DNA of 48,512 nt from an uncultured Leptospirales bacterium (GTDB taxonomy: Bacteria > Spirochaetota > UBA4802 > UBA5550). This document shows, one piece after another, positions 29,133 through 38,566 of this stretch; position 1 is the first letter of the stretch, and the number at the start of each line of letters is the position of its first letter. The stretch lies in the NCBI GenBank assembly GCA_964514165.1, contig CAZEPS010000004.1, positions 1-48,512 on the forward strand, in the 5' to 3' direction. The translations under genes and the position numbers were made by a program. The notes beneath the pieces are model-generated. The model was not told the DNA's origin. It was given only the letters and a program-made list of their open reading frames with translations, and ran no database searches.

Positions 29133-30017
29133 CTATTTCTTCAGTTCAGTGTCAAAAAATTCCATCATGTCGCGTATTATCGTACCCCAGAAATTCCAGT
29201 TATGGGCACGGTGCTTTTTCAGGATGAAAATAACCCTGTTCCGGTGATTTTCCCCCTTAATCTGCTTCAACCGGATGGCCATTCCGATGGAATGCCATTT
29301 CGGTATAACCGGGTCGTGGTCGCCGTGCGCGAGAAATACCGGCATCTGTTTCAGTTTAGACGCCCGGTTCAGGATACTCGCGTCCTTTTCCCACCGTTTC
29401 GGGAACTTTTCGTATTCACCGTACACTGAGGTAATGAGCCAGTCCTTTTTCACCAGTACGGGATCATAATCCCCTGACAATCCAGCAACAGCCCCGAAAC
29501 TTGAACTGAACTCCGCGGCAACCATAAGGGCGCCCCTCGCTCCTGTTGAAAGTCCGAAAATGCCGGTTTGTGTGCTGCTGGTCCCCAGGTTAAAGTTTTT
29601 TCTGATATAGCCCATCAGGTTCTTCGCGATAAAAACACCTCCGGGAATGCCGCCCCATTTGACGTTTGTTTCCGGGTAAAACTTCAATTCGTACAGGGTT
29701 TTTCCCATGTCAGGGCATACAACAGCGAAGTTATATCTGTCGGCAAGCGTCTCAATCTGTGAATATCTCCCCCAGTCGCCCATGGACCCGTTATACCCAT
29801 GAAGGGCGACGAGGGTTCTCATCTTCTCTCCCCGCTTGTACCCTTCAGGAAAATATATCTGAAGACCGGTGCTGTAAGTTTCTCCCCCTGCCGAACAGGT
29901 AATCGTGAGATCCTTCAGCCAGGCCCCCGGGGTTATGTCCCCCTTGTACCGCATTCCCGCATCGGAAACGGCAGGATAGATAAAGAGTATAAGCAGCAGT
30001 AGAATTATTTTCTTCAT
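29133..30017 (-). CDS. Secreted alpha/beta-hydrolase (esterase family)
   Basis: Signal peptide, LHG, nucleophile GLSTG, HGDHD, HNW. Confidence 0.88.
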   Translation of the reverse strand: MKKIILLLLILFIYPAVSDAGMRYKGDITPGAWLKDLTITCSAGGETYSTGLQIYFPEGYKRGEKMRTLVALHGYNGSMGDWGRYSQIETLADRYNFAVVCPDMGKTLYELKFYPETNVKWGGIPGGVFIAKNLMGYIRKNFNLGTSSTQTGIFGLSTGARGALMVAAEFSSSFGAVAGLSGDYDPVLVKKDWLITSVYGEYEKFPKRWEKDASILNRASKLKQMPVFLAHGDHDPVIPKWHSIGMAIRLKQIKGENHRNRVIFILKKHRAHNWNFWGTIIRDMMEFFDTELKK

Positions 30018-30097
30018 GCTTTCCTCGATCGCGATTTCAATCAGGTTATCCGGTAAAGAAATAATCCGAAGGGGTTTTTTTCAAGAAATATTTTTAT

Positions 30098-30174
30098 TTA
30101 GTTTTTCATGAGAGGCGCGATGCACCTCTCATTCAGAAACCATAAAAATGCATACCCATGTATTTTCATGTTAG
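30098..30174. mobile_element. 73-bp double-hairpin dispersed element, copy 2, with perfect TTAG direct repeats
   Basis: TTAG at 30098-30101 and 30171-30174; 71/77 nt identical to 10568-10644. Confidence 0.8.
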
Positions 30175-30186
30175 CTCTTATGACTT

Positions 30187-30885
30187 TCATGCGGGCACAT
30201 ATCCCTCTTCTCTCATGCTCAGGTAGGATGTGTCGGTTATGATGACATGGTCCATAAGGGGGATCCCGATTATCTTTCCGCATTCCGCTATCCTGGCGGT
30301 GGTCTGGATATCCTCCCGTGACGGTGACGCAACCCCCGAAGGGTGATTGTGTGCTATGATTATTCCGGACCCCCCTTCTCTGATCGCGTCGCGGAACACC
30401 TCCCTCGGGTGGACAATCGATTCGGAAATCGTACCGACACTGACGAGGCATTTCTTTAAAAGATGGTTCTTGTTGTTCAATATGAGAACCCTGAACTCTT
30501 CCCTGCACAGGCCGGCCATCTCGCCGAGGAGGAGTTCCCATACGAGCCTGGGGGAGTCTATCCGTGCCGGGTGTTCCCGGGAACTGATAATCCTCCTCCC
30601 CATCTCGAGGGCAGCGTGTATCCTGATCGCTTTTTTTAACCCGATACCCTTGACCATTGATAATTCACGAATACCTGACCGGAACAGGCCGTGCAGACCT
30701 CCAAACTCGCTCAGGACACAGGTCGACAGGCCGAGGACACTGTTGTTCTTGAAACCCGTGTTGAGAACGATGGCGAGGAGTTCAATGTCAGAGAGTTTTT
30801 TAACATCTTCACCACCCAGGCATTTCTGAACCGGTAGAATGCTCCTGCCCGTATCGTTCACGACTGTTGATTGTAATTCTTCCAT
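30187..30885 (-). CDS. radC: RadC family protein (HhH + JAB domain)
   Basis: LSDIELLAIVL, KGIG, VHPREVF, HNHPSG, DHVII. Confidence 0.94.
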   Translation of the reverse strand: MEELQSTVVNDTGRSILPVQKCLGGEDVKKLSDIELLAIVLNTGFKNNSVLGLSTCVLSEFGGLHGLFRSGIRELSMVKGIGLKKAIRIHAALEMGRRIISSREHPARIDSPRLVWELLLGEMAGLCREEFRVLILNNKNHLLKKCLVSVGTISESIVHPREVFRDAIREGGSGIIIAHNHPSGVASPSREDIQTTARIAECGKIIGIPLMDHVIITDTSYLSMREEGYVPA

Positions 30886-30998
30886 ATGAAGTAATACGAT
30901 TGAGAACCGGGTTTTTTATAAAATTTTTCTTGAAGATATACTTTTTTTAATAAATAATCCCGTTTCATAGATGTATGTTTTTATAAAAAGTAAACCGA

Positions 30999-32837
30999 AT
31001 GAAAAATAAGTATATCATTCCATCTCTTCTTCTTGCATTTTTCTTGCTGCACGGGTCCCCTCTTTCAGCCGGGGATTCTCTCTTCGAGAAGAATTATTTT
31101 CATCATAAGTCATCGGGAAATTACCGGGAAGGGGTAAACATCCTTACCGAATGGACCCTCAAAACCAGGGATCCCGCAACCGCGGAGATTAACCTTTTCC
31201 GCGTCTCTGAGCTCTGCCGGTATCCGGAACTGTACGGGCTTGCTGCAGCATCTCTGAAAAAAATACGGTCATCTCAACTGGTTAATGAACATCCCTTCCT
31301 TCTTGCACGTACTGATCAGCTCATTGCCCGCGCACTCCTGAAAACCGGGGATGCTGCCGGGGCCGAAAATCAGATCAAACAGCTCTATTTTTCGGATTTC
31401 TTCCTCATCGGCCCCTTCCCTCATGCCGGTATCCGGGACTTTAATTCGGAAGGGCCGATAGAAAAAACCGCGATTCACGAAAAGCGATACCGGGGTACTC
31501 ATCATACTGTAACATGGTTCAGGGTAAAACCTGATCCTGACGGATCAATTCATTTTTCCGATCTCTACCCCAATCCGGTCCAGGGGATCTATTACCTGAA
31601 ACGAAATTTCCATCTGCCAGAGGGTGGAATCCATACCCTGATCATGGGAAAATCGGGATTCACTGACGTATGGCTTGACGGGAAAAATGTTTTCAGCAAC
31701 AGGGCCGAGCACCACTTTCATAACGACCAGTATATGATAACCCTCTTGATTCCTGCCGGGGATCATACGATCCTGATTAAAACCGGTTGTTTGAAGGCTG
31801 ATCCCGCCATCTCATTTCGCCTGGCCGATAAAAATGGGAATCCGGTTCAGCTGAATCCCGGGGGTTTTAATCCATCCCTTAACACATGGAAAAAGCAAAA
31901 TTCGCTAATAGGGCACACGGTAGCTTTTTCCGGTTCCCTGGAAGAACTTGTCACCAAAAAGAATCATACTGACAGATCACTTTTTCTCTCAGCATACCTT
32001 TCTTACATGACCGGATCCGGAATGAACAGAAACGGTTTCTCCCTCTCCCTTTTTTCGGGCATTGATGAGCAGAGTAAATACTTTGAACCGGCCAGGTATT
32101 ACGCGGGAATAATCGCATCGTCACCGGAAGATAAAGACAGGTTCTTCACAGATGCCTTTGAGGCCGGGAAGAAAAACATCGAAGCCATGACAGAACTGAT
32201 ACTCCTCAAGATCAGGCATGGCTTTCTTCATGAGTCTGAGAAATTATCAGCAGCCCTGGAGGAGATCAACAGTATCCACCCCATGAACGATTACCTTAAG
32301 GCGGTAATATATAGTAAAAGGAACTGGTCTTTTGAATCTCATGCACTCTCCACGGGTTTAAAGAAGTCCAGGTATCCCTCCCTCGGATACCTGGTGAGTT
32401 ATCGTTTTCACATGGCCATGAATAATTACAGCGAGGCGGCGAATGACCTGGAACAGCTGGTCAGGCTGGATCCGGACAATTTCACCTGCCGGGAGCACCT
32501 GGTCCAGGTGTTTGTTTCAACCGGCAGGTTCAGGGAAGCCCTGAATGTTCTTCAGGAGTCCCTTCAGCTTCATCCGGGCAGGGTTTCGATAAAACTGCGC
32601 ATGGCTGAGATCGCCGAACAACTCGACGGGATTCAGGCCTCGCTCCCCTACCTTGCATCTGCGCTGCATGCATCTCCGGAAAACCCCGAGGTCCTGGAAG
32701 CAACAGGGAGGGCCTATATCCGGATAAATAAACGTGAAACAGGGTTATACTATCTCATGCAGTCCCTGTACAAGAATCCGGGAAACAGTATCCTGAAAGA
32801 ATACCTGGAAGTTATCAGGAACAGAAAATCACCGTAA
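30999..32837 (+). CDS. Exported TPR protein with internal beta-sandwich domain
   Basis: Signal peptide; IGPF...WLDGK beta-rich region; C-terminal TPR-like repeats (LDPDN, LHPGR, ASPEN, KNPGN). Confidence 0.8.
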   Translation: MKNKYIIPSLLLAFFLLHGSPLSAGDSLFEKNYFHHKSSGNYREGVNILTEWTLKTRDPATAEINLFRVSELCRYPELYGLAAASLKKIRSSQLVNEHPFLLARTDQLIARALLKTGDAAGAENQIKQLYFSDFFLIGPFPHAGIRDFNSEGPIEKTAIHEKRYRGTHHTVTWFRVKPDPDGSIHFSDLYPNPVQGIYYLKRNFHLPEGGIHTLIMGKSGFTDVWLDGKNVFSNRAEHHFHNDQYMITLLIPAGDHTILIKTGCLKADPAISFRLADKNGNPVQLNPGGFNPSLNTWKKQNSLIGHTVAFSGSLEELVTKKNHTDRSLFLSAYLSYMTGSGMNRNGFSLSLFSGIDEQSKYFEPARYYAGIIASSPEDKDRFFTDAFEAGKKNIEAMTELILLKIRHGFLHESEKLSAALEEINSIHPMNDYLKAVIYSKRNWSFESHALSTGLKKSRYPSLGYLVSYRFHMAMNNYSEAANDLEQLVRLDPDNFTCREHLVQVFVSTGRFREALNVLQESLQLHPGRVSIKLRMAEIAEQLDGIQASLPYLASALHASPENPEVLEATGRAYIRINKRETGLYYLMQSLYKNPGNSILKEYLEVIRNRKSP

Positions 32838-32839
32838 TA

Positions 32840-33268
32840 CTAGAATTCCTCATCGAAAAGAATACCCTCTCCCTCTTCAATCTCATTAATTATATCAGAG
32901 AATTCCTCGCGGGTAATATCCTTCCGTATCACGTTAACCACCTCTCCGTAGGCATTCATCCTGATAAGTTTTAAATAAATTTTTTCATCCTGGCGAAGAA
33001 TCTCAAAGCGAACCGGAGTTCCCGCACGGTTCATCTTATCATTAGCAATATCAACCGTTGATTTCAGGCTCTCATAATGGTCTTTTGCTTCATCTTTTTC
33101 TTTTCCGTTTTGCTGCGATTCCCTGTATGTATCCCTGTACTCTTCACTGTCGATGCGAAGCCTGTCGAGCTCTGCCCTGTCCACCGTATCAACAGGGCTT
33201 GCCCGTTCACTCTCCCTTTTATTCGATTTAAAGTGATTAATTATCTTTATGAAGGGTAAGAGTTTCAT
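32840..33268 (-). CDS. Hypothetical protein, FlaG-like
   Basis: ANDKMNRAGTPVRFEI...GEVVNVIRK...GILFDEEF resembles FlaG family patterning. Confidence 0.55.
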   Translation of the reverse strand: MKLLPFIKIINHFKSNKRESERASPVDTVDRAELDRLRIDSEEYRDTYRESQQNGKEKDEAKDHYESLKSTVDIANDKMNRAGTPVRFEILRQDEKIYLKLIRMNAYGEVVNVIRKDITREEFSDIINEIEEGEGILFDEEF

Positions 33269-33485
33269 TTATCCAGAAACCTGTCAGGTTTTCGCCATGG
33301 AACTGATACTGTTCTCATTACCATGTCTTTCAGCAGCACCTTGATAGAGCTCCAGTCTTTATATCGGCTGATCTGTATCAATAAAAGCACATAATGCCAG
33401 AATTCCTATAATATGCCGGTGACTTTTTACAAAACAACTTGACTGTTTAGTATACTCTGTTAAACCGATAATCGATGAGGATATC

Positions 33486-34034
33486 ATGGCCACGGATGAT
33501 TCAGCGAAACAATACTTCGATAAACTGAATATAGTCGAAAAATTCTGTGACGGCGATATCGAGACTGCTAAAAGCGTTGTAAAGGGTGAATACAACGATA
33601 TTATTGCCATAAAATCCCGCTTCAAGGATTCTAAAGATTTTTATTTCGGTATTTTCATCATCCTGTTAAGCAGGATAACTAAAAATGTTCTCGCTTCTTT
33701 CTGCGTTGTTTCCGAGAGTATCTCAGCTTATAACCATAAGCCCTTTGACGATATTAAGACCTTTTTATCAAAAATTAACAAGGAACGCGATGACGGTGTC
33801 TTTGATATTCACAAGACAAATCTGCTGACAGGGGTGCTCAGGCGTTTTGATGAATTGAAGGTATATCAAAATATATTTGTATTCGTGAACAACAATGATA
33901 TTCAGAGCCTGACTGAAAAATTTGAATTATTATTACAAAAGACACTTAAAGTAGAAAAGTGCCTGGTTACCATCGATTTCCAGGACACGAACTCGCTCTA
34001 CATTCACGACGAACTAGGTATTGATCCAAAATAA
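33486..34034 (+). CDS. Hypothetical protein
   Basis: 182-aa ORF with GAGGA SD, ending at the bidirectional terminator. Confidence 0.8.
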   Translation: MATDDSAKQYFDKLNIVEKFCDGDIETAKSVVKGEYNDIIAIKSRFKDSKDFYFGIFIILLSRITKNVLASFCVVSESISAYNHKPFDDIKTFLSKINKERDDGVFDIHKTNLLTGVLRRFDELKVYQNIFVFVNNNDIQSLTEKFELLLQKTLKVEKCLVTIDFQDTNSLYIHDELGIDPK

Positions 34035-34075
34035 AAAAAACACCCCTCTGGCGATGCCTGAGGGGTGTTTTTTTT
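34033..34075. terminator. Bidirectional intrinsic terminator
   Basis: A8-CACCCCTC...GAGGGGTG-T8 between the convergent CDS and tRNAs. Confidence 0.9.
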
Positions 34076-34077
34076 AA

Positions 34078-34150
<73 letters not shown>

Positions 34151-34155
34151 ACTTG

Positions 34156-34228
34156 TGAGCCGCCTGAGGCTCGAACTCAGGACCCACGGCTTAAAAGGCC
34201 GTTGCTCTACCGACTGAGCTAGCGGCTC
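34156..34228 (-). tRNA. tRNA-Lys (TTT)
   Basis: GAGCCGC acceptor stem, TAGCTCAGTCGGTAGAGC D-arm, ACGGC-CTTTTAA-GCCGT anticodon arm, GTTCGAG T-loop. Confidence 0.96.
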
Positions 34229-34336
34229 TGCACAGTAGAAATACCGATTACTGAAAAGGGTATCTACTGTCAATAAAAAATTTATTAAATCCGCTTAATT
34301 ACAGAAATATCTTTCAAATTTTCGACTACTGTGGCC

Positions 34337-35602
34337 CTACCTTACGATGGTACTGTGCCGTGAAGGGCCGACCGAAACATGGGAGATGTGAACACCAGTT
34401 TTTTCCTCAAGAAATTCGATATATTTTTTCGCGTTTTTCGGCAAATCCTCATACGTCTCACATTTTCCGATATTTTCGTCCCAGCCGTCCAGTTCCTCGT
34501 AAATCGGGGTGACGTTGTCAAGCTGAGAAACCGGGCAGTACTCCATCTCCTTCCCGTTTGAGATATACCCCACCGAAACCTTTATCTTCTTAAAATCCTT
34601 GAGTATATCGAGTTTCGTCAGGGCTATGCTGGTAAGCCCGTTTATCATGGCGGACTGTTTCATCAGTGCCACATCGAACCAGCCGCAGCGGCGCGGCCTC
34701 CCGGTGGTGGATCCGAATTCTTTCCCGTTTACCCTCAGACGCTCACCGTCATCGGTGAAATCCTCTGTGGGAAAGGGGCCCTCTCCGACCCTGGTCACGT
34801 AAGCCTTGGCGATACCGACCACCTCCCTGATATTCGAAGCGTTCAGGCCGGTTCCGAGCAGGGCCCCCCCTATCGTCGGATTCGAAGAGGTGACATAGGG
34901 GTATGTCCCGTGATCGATGTCCAGTCCGAAACCCTGGGCCCCCTCCAGGAGAATGTTTTTCCCCTCTTTCAGAGAAGCGTGGAGATACTCCTGGGTATTT
35001 CGAATCATGTCACTGCAGGTGTCCCTGAACATGTTAATGATATCCATGATCTCATCTTTGTTGACTGGCGGCCTTTCATAGATCCGTTCAAACTGAATAT
35101 TTTTGAAATTCAGGGCAAAATCGACACGCTGTTCAATCCTCTCCATGTCAAAAATATCACCGACCCTTATGCCAATACGAAGACACTTATCGGAATAACT
35201 GGGGCCAATTCCACGAATCGTGGTGCCCAGTTTCTTGTTCCTGTATTCCTCCATAGCCTCGTCCATGGCCTTGTGGTACGGCAGGATAAGATGTGCCGAA
35301 TCCGATATCATGAGCCTGTTTTCGGTGATTATACCCTCATCATACAGTGACTTGAGTTCGTCTATAAGCTGGACCGGATCAAGGACCACCCCGTTTCCGA
35401 TTACGCAGATCTTGTCCTCATGGAGAATTCCTGAAGGGACCAGATGAAATATATACTTTTTTTTGTTAACGACAACAGTGTGTCCGGCATTGGCACCGCC
35501 CTGATATCGGACGACTATATCCGAATCCTTGGTGAAAAAATCAATCATCTTTGCTTTCCCTTCGTCACCCCACTGGGAACCAATCGCAACACGACACCCC
35601 AT
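34337..35602 (-). CDS. purA: Adenylosuccinate synthetase
   Basis: QWGDEGK, GGANAGHT, EGAQG, GTYPYVTSS, TTGRPRRCGWFD. Confidence 0.98.
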   Translation of the reverse strand: MGCRVAIGSQWGDEGKAKMIDFFTKDSDIVVRYQGGANAGHTVVVNKKKYIFHLVPSGILHEDKICVIGNGVVLDPVQLIDELKSLYDEGIITENRLMISDSAHLILPYHKAMDEAMEEYRNKKLGTTIRGIGPSYSDKCLRIGIRVGDIFDMERIEQRVDFALNFKNIQFERIYERPPVNKDEIMDIINMFRDTCSDMIRNTQEYLHASLKEGKNILLEGAQGFGLDIDHGTYPYVTSSNPTIGGALLGTGLNASNIREVVGIAKAYVTRVGEGPFPTEDFTDDGERLRVNGKEFGSTTGRPRRCGWFDVALMKQSAMINGLTSIALTKLDILKDFKKIKVSVGYISNGKEMEYCPVSQLDNVTPIYEELDGWDENIGKCETYEDLPKNAKKYIEFLEEKTGVHISHVSVGPSRHSTIVR

Positions 35603-35729
35603 AAAAACTCCTTTTCAATCTTACTGATATCGATATAATTGGCTGTCATAATAAAACTATAAATAAAAATAACAAGCATTTTTCACGAGCTGATTATTGA
35701 TAAAATCATGACAGAAATATCGCTTTTTA

Positions 35730-35758
35730 TTGACATAATTACAGAGCAACCTTTTAAT
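35730..35758 (+). promoter_or_regulatory. Sigma70-type promoter for nikR
   Basis: TTGACA, 17-nt spacer, TTTAAT. Confidence 0.5.
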
Positions 35759-35794
35759 ACAAAAAGGCTACGATACTTTGATTTGAGGTAATCG

Positions 35795-36229
35795 ATGGGA
35801 AACATTATTCGTTTCGGGGTTTCCATTGACGAGAAACTCCTGAACTGGTTTGATACAATAATTACAGAAAAGGGTTACGTGAACCGATCCGAAGCAATCA
35901 GGGACCTGATCCGTGACATGAAGGTCACCGAGGAAACATCTGACCCTGATTCCGAAATATTCGGCACCCTTACCATTATTTACAGCCATGATGTCAGGGA
36001 AATTTCCGATAAGCTGAATGAAATCCAGCATCATTACTTTAAAACTATCGTAACCTCCACCCATATACATCTGGATGAGCATAACTGTCTGGAGGTCCTG
36101 ATCCTGAGAGGGAAGGCTGTAGACGTGAACAGCATAGCGGACAAAATACTGTCCGTGAAAAATGTCCGCCACGGCAAGCTCACGGTTACCTCAATCGGAA
36201 CCCTGGAACATGACCATAACCACGAATAA
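35795..36229 (+). CDS. nikR: Nickel-responsive transcriptional regulator
   Basis: RFGVSI...NRSEAIRDLIR ribbon-helix-helix; HIHLDEHNCLEV nickel site. Confidence 0.95.
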   Translation: MGNIIRFGVSIDEKLLNWFDTIITEKGYVNRSEAIRDLIRDMKVTEETSDPDSEIFGTLTIIYSHDVREISDKLNEIQHHYFKTIVTSTHIHLDEHNCLEVLILRGKAVDVNSIADKILSVKNVRHGKLTVTSIGTLEHDHNHE

Positions 36230-36432
36230 ATCAGAAGTATCAGGTTTTACATATATAATATGAAATCAGTTCATTGTACCGATCATCCAGGGCTTCCCGT
36301 GATAATTCATGTCATGAATATGCAGCTGTAAAAAAAAAATTTGAAAAGTCCTAAACTATAAAGCGATTATTACCGATAGAAAGAATATGGGAAGATCTCG
36401 CCTGATTCTTCTCTTTTTACATTTTTTGGTGA

Positions 36433-37344
36433 GTGAAAGTGATAACACGGATGGCATACTTTCACCGCTGTGTCATGGCCCTCGCGGTATTAACTTTTCT
36501 GCCGCATTATTCCGGGGCCGAAACCAATGCCAGGGACGGCATGAGACACGGCAGTGACGAAACCTATTCCTGGAGCGACGAGGAATACCATTCAATCTAT
36601 GTCAGGGAAAAAAATGAAAAGACAAAACCGGTTCATGCATCCTATGAAGACTATCTCCATCTGCGAAACAGGTATAATCAGAACAGCAGCCCCGCACCTG
36701 ATCCCCTAGAGAAAAAAAGTCCACCCTCCGTAAAACCTGCAATTCAGACAAATAAATTCTCCAGGTTGAAGAACTACCGGGTACAGGACAATGACACCCT
36801 CTACAGCATAGCCAGGAAGTTCAACGTACCGATCCAGGTCATAATGGACATCAACAAATTGAAAAACCGGAACAGGATATTCAAGGGCACGGTATTGAAA
36901 ATACCTGAAACCGGCGATATTGAAAAAAAAACGACTCCTGAAAAAGAAAAATCTCCAAAGAAACCAAACCATGACAAAAGCCCCCGGTTTACATGGCCGA
37001 TTAAAACCATTGACAGCGTCAAGCGGGACGGGAGTGACGGGGTGAAATCCATCGGACTGATCATAAAATCAAAACCGGGATCACCGGTTCTTTCTGCTGC
37101 CGGCGGAATAGTAAAAAAAATCGGCTACATGCGCGGATTCGGCAACTATGTGGTCCTAGTTCATCAAAATCGGTACGCAACCGTGTATGCAAACCTGGAT
37201 GAAATATTCGTTAACCTGGGACAAAAAATCGATTCCGGCAGGCCAATAGGAAAAATTCAATCAGTCATCCCTTCTCTGCACTTTCAGATCGATTACGGGG
37301 GCAAACCCCAGAACCCCCTGAATTTTCTACCAAAAAGGGGGTAG
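36433..37344 (+). CDS. LysM + M23 (NlpD-like, degenerate) protein
   Basis: LysM YRVQDNDTLYSIARKF; M23-like FTWP...GFGNYVVLVH...YANL...LHFQI...NPL. Confidence 0.9.
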   Translation: MKVITRMAYFHRCVMALAVLTFLPHYSGAETNARDGMRHGSDETYSWSDEEYHSIYVREKNEKTKPVHASYEDYLHLRNRYNQNSSPAPDPLEKKSPPSVKPAIQTNKFSRLKNYRVQDNDTLYSIARKFNVPIQVIMDINKLKNRNRIFKGTVLKIPETGDIEKKTTPEKEKSPKKPNHDKSPRFTWPIKTIDSVKRDGSDGVKSIGLIIKSKPGSPVLSAAGGIVKKIGYMRGFGNYVVLVHQNRYATVYANLDEIFVNLGQKIDSGRPIGKIQSVIPSLHFQIDYGGKPQNPLNFLPKRG

Positions 37345-37438
37345 TGGGCTCTATAATTATATTTTTTTTGATTGAAAAGATCTAATAATTTTCTATTATT
37401 GTCGTAAAAGCACTATTTTATAATAGCAGGGGATCGTT

Positions 37439-37723
37439 ATGGATCCGAAAAAAGTAACAATAAACAGGCTCAAGGAAATTTTCGAAGAAATACAAAATGG
37501 ATCTGAAGAAGCAATCGGCAATTATCTCTTTAAAGGCCTTCGTATTCAGGTCAGCAAATATCAGTCATCGGGTACTGAAAGATACATGAGGCTGTATAAC
37601 AACCGGCGCAAGGATGGCCTCTGCGTACGATGCGGCGAAAAGGTCAAAAAAAAGAACCCCCGCACCGGAAAACTCTACCGCCTGTGCGAATATCACCGGG
37701 AAATTACCGATATCAAGAACTGA
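37439..37723 (+). CDS. Small basic protein with CxxC...CxxH zinc-finger motif (resembles a conserved Leptospira hypothetical, from memory)
   Basis: GLCVRCG...LYRLCEYHR; Lys/Arg-rich. Confidence 0.8.
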   Translation: MDPKKVTINRLKEIFEEIQNGSEEAIGNYLFKGLRIQVSKYQSSGTERYMRLYNNRRKDGLCVRCGEKVKKKNPRTGKLYRLCEYHREITDIKN

Positions 37724-38563
37724 TCAGAGTATGTCCATGGACAGGTCAAATGCCGTTACTGAATGGGTAAGAACACCGATGGAGATATAGTCAATATCAA
37801 ACTCCCTGAGCCTCTTGATACGCTCTTCGTTGACATTCCCTGACACTTCCACCTTCATCTTCTTTTTAATGATACCAAGGGCAGTTAGAATGTCCTGATC
37901 ATCCATATTATCGAGCATGATGATGTCAGCATCGGTTCTACAAACGGTTTCGACTTCTTCCAGCGAGCCGGCTTCGACTTCCACCAAAAAAGCTTTTCCG
38001 TATTTCTTTCGAACCAGTTCCACTGCGGGGATTATCCCGCCCGCGGCCCTGATATGATTATCCTTTATCATTACCATGTCAAAAAGGCCCTGCCGATGGT
38101 TTTCGCCCCCCCCGGCCTTTACCGAGTACTTGTCAAGCTGGCGAAACCCGGGAACGGTTTTTCTCGTGTCGAGAATTTGTATCCTTGAATTATCAAGGAG
38201 TTTCACGATGCGGTTCGTTCTTGTGGCTATGCCGGACATGCGCTGCATGAAATTAAGGGCCGTTCTCTCTCCGGCAAGGATCGATTTGACCGGTCCTTCA
38301 ACCCCCACCGCCGCAACGGGAAACGATATTTCCTCACCGTCATTCAGAAGAACCTTGACCCGGACCGCCGGGTCCAGGGACTGATACACATGGCGGACCA
38401 TGTCGCAGCCGCAGACGATTCCGTTTTCCTTTGCTTTTATCACCCCGGTTCCCTCTCGGCCATCAACAAATATCGCTTCCGATGTTATATCACCCCCCCT
38501 TATGTCTTCTTCGATGGCGAGATCTACCAGGACCCTGACATCTTCATATTTTATTCTGTCCAT
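37724..38563 (-). CDS. nadC: Quinolinate phosphoribosyltransferase
   Basis: ERTALN, DTRKT, NHR, IKDNH, IMLDN, SGNV. Confidence 0.96.
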   Translation of the reverse strand: MDRIKYEDVRVLVDLAIEEDIRGGDITSEAIFVDGREGTGVIKAKENGIVCGCDMVRHVYQSLDPAVRVKVLLNDGEEISFPVAAVGVEGPVKSILAGERTALNFMQRMSGIATRTNRIVKLLDNSRIQILDTRKTVPGFRQLDKYSVKAGGGENHRQGLFDMVMIKDNHIRAAGGIIPAVELVRKKYGKAFLVEVEAGSLEEVETVCRTDADIIMLDNMDDQDILTALGIIKKKMKVEVSGNVNEERIKRLREFDIDYISIGVLTHSVTAFDLSMDIL

Positions 38564-38566
38564 GGT

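Noticed and set aside
30098-30541. 147-aa minus-strand ORF whose end resembles the start of ORF 10301..10633
   Set aside because: It is an alternative frame of radC running into the repeat. The shared peptide (YAFLWFL) only reflects the DNA repeat.
30187-30885. radC as a marker of an integrative element or anti-defence cargo
   Set aside because: It is the full-length chromosomal HhH+JAB type, with no integrase or mobile genes nearby.
36351-36379. Sigma28 promoter upstream of the LysM-M23 gene
   Set aside because: The spacing is one nt too long and the -10 (ACCGATAG) is imperfect, so I cannot support it from sequence alone.
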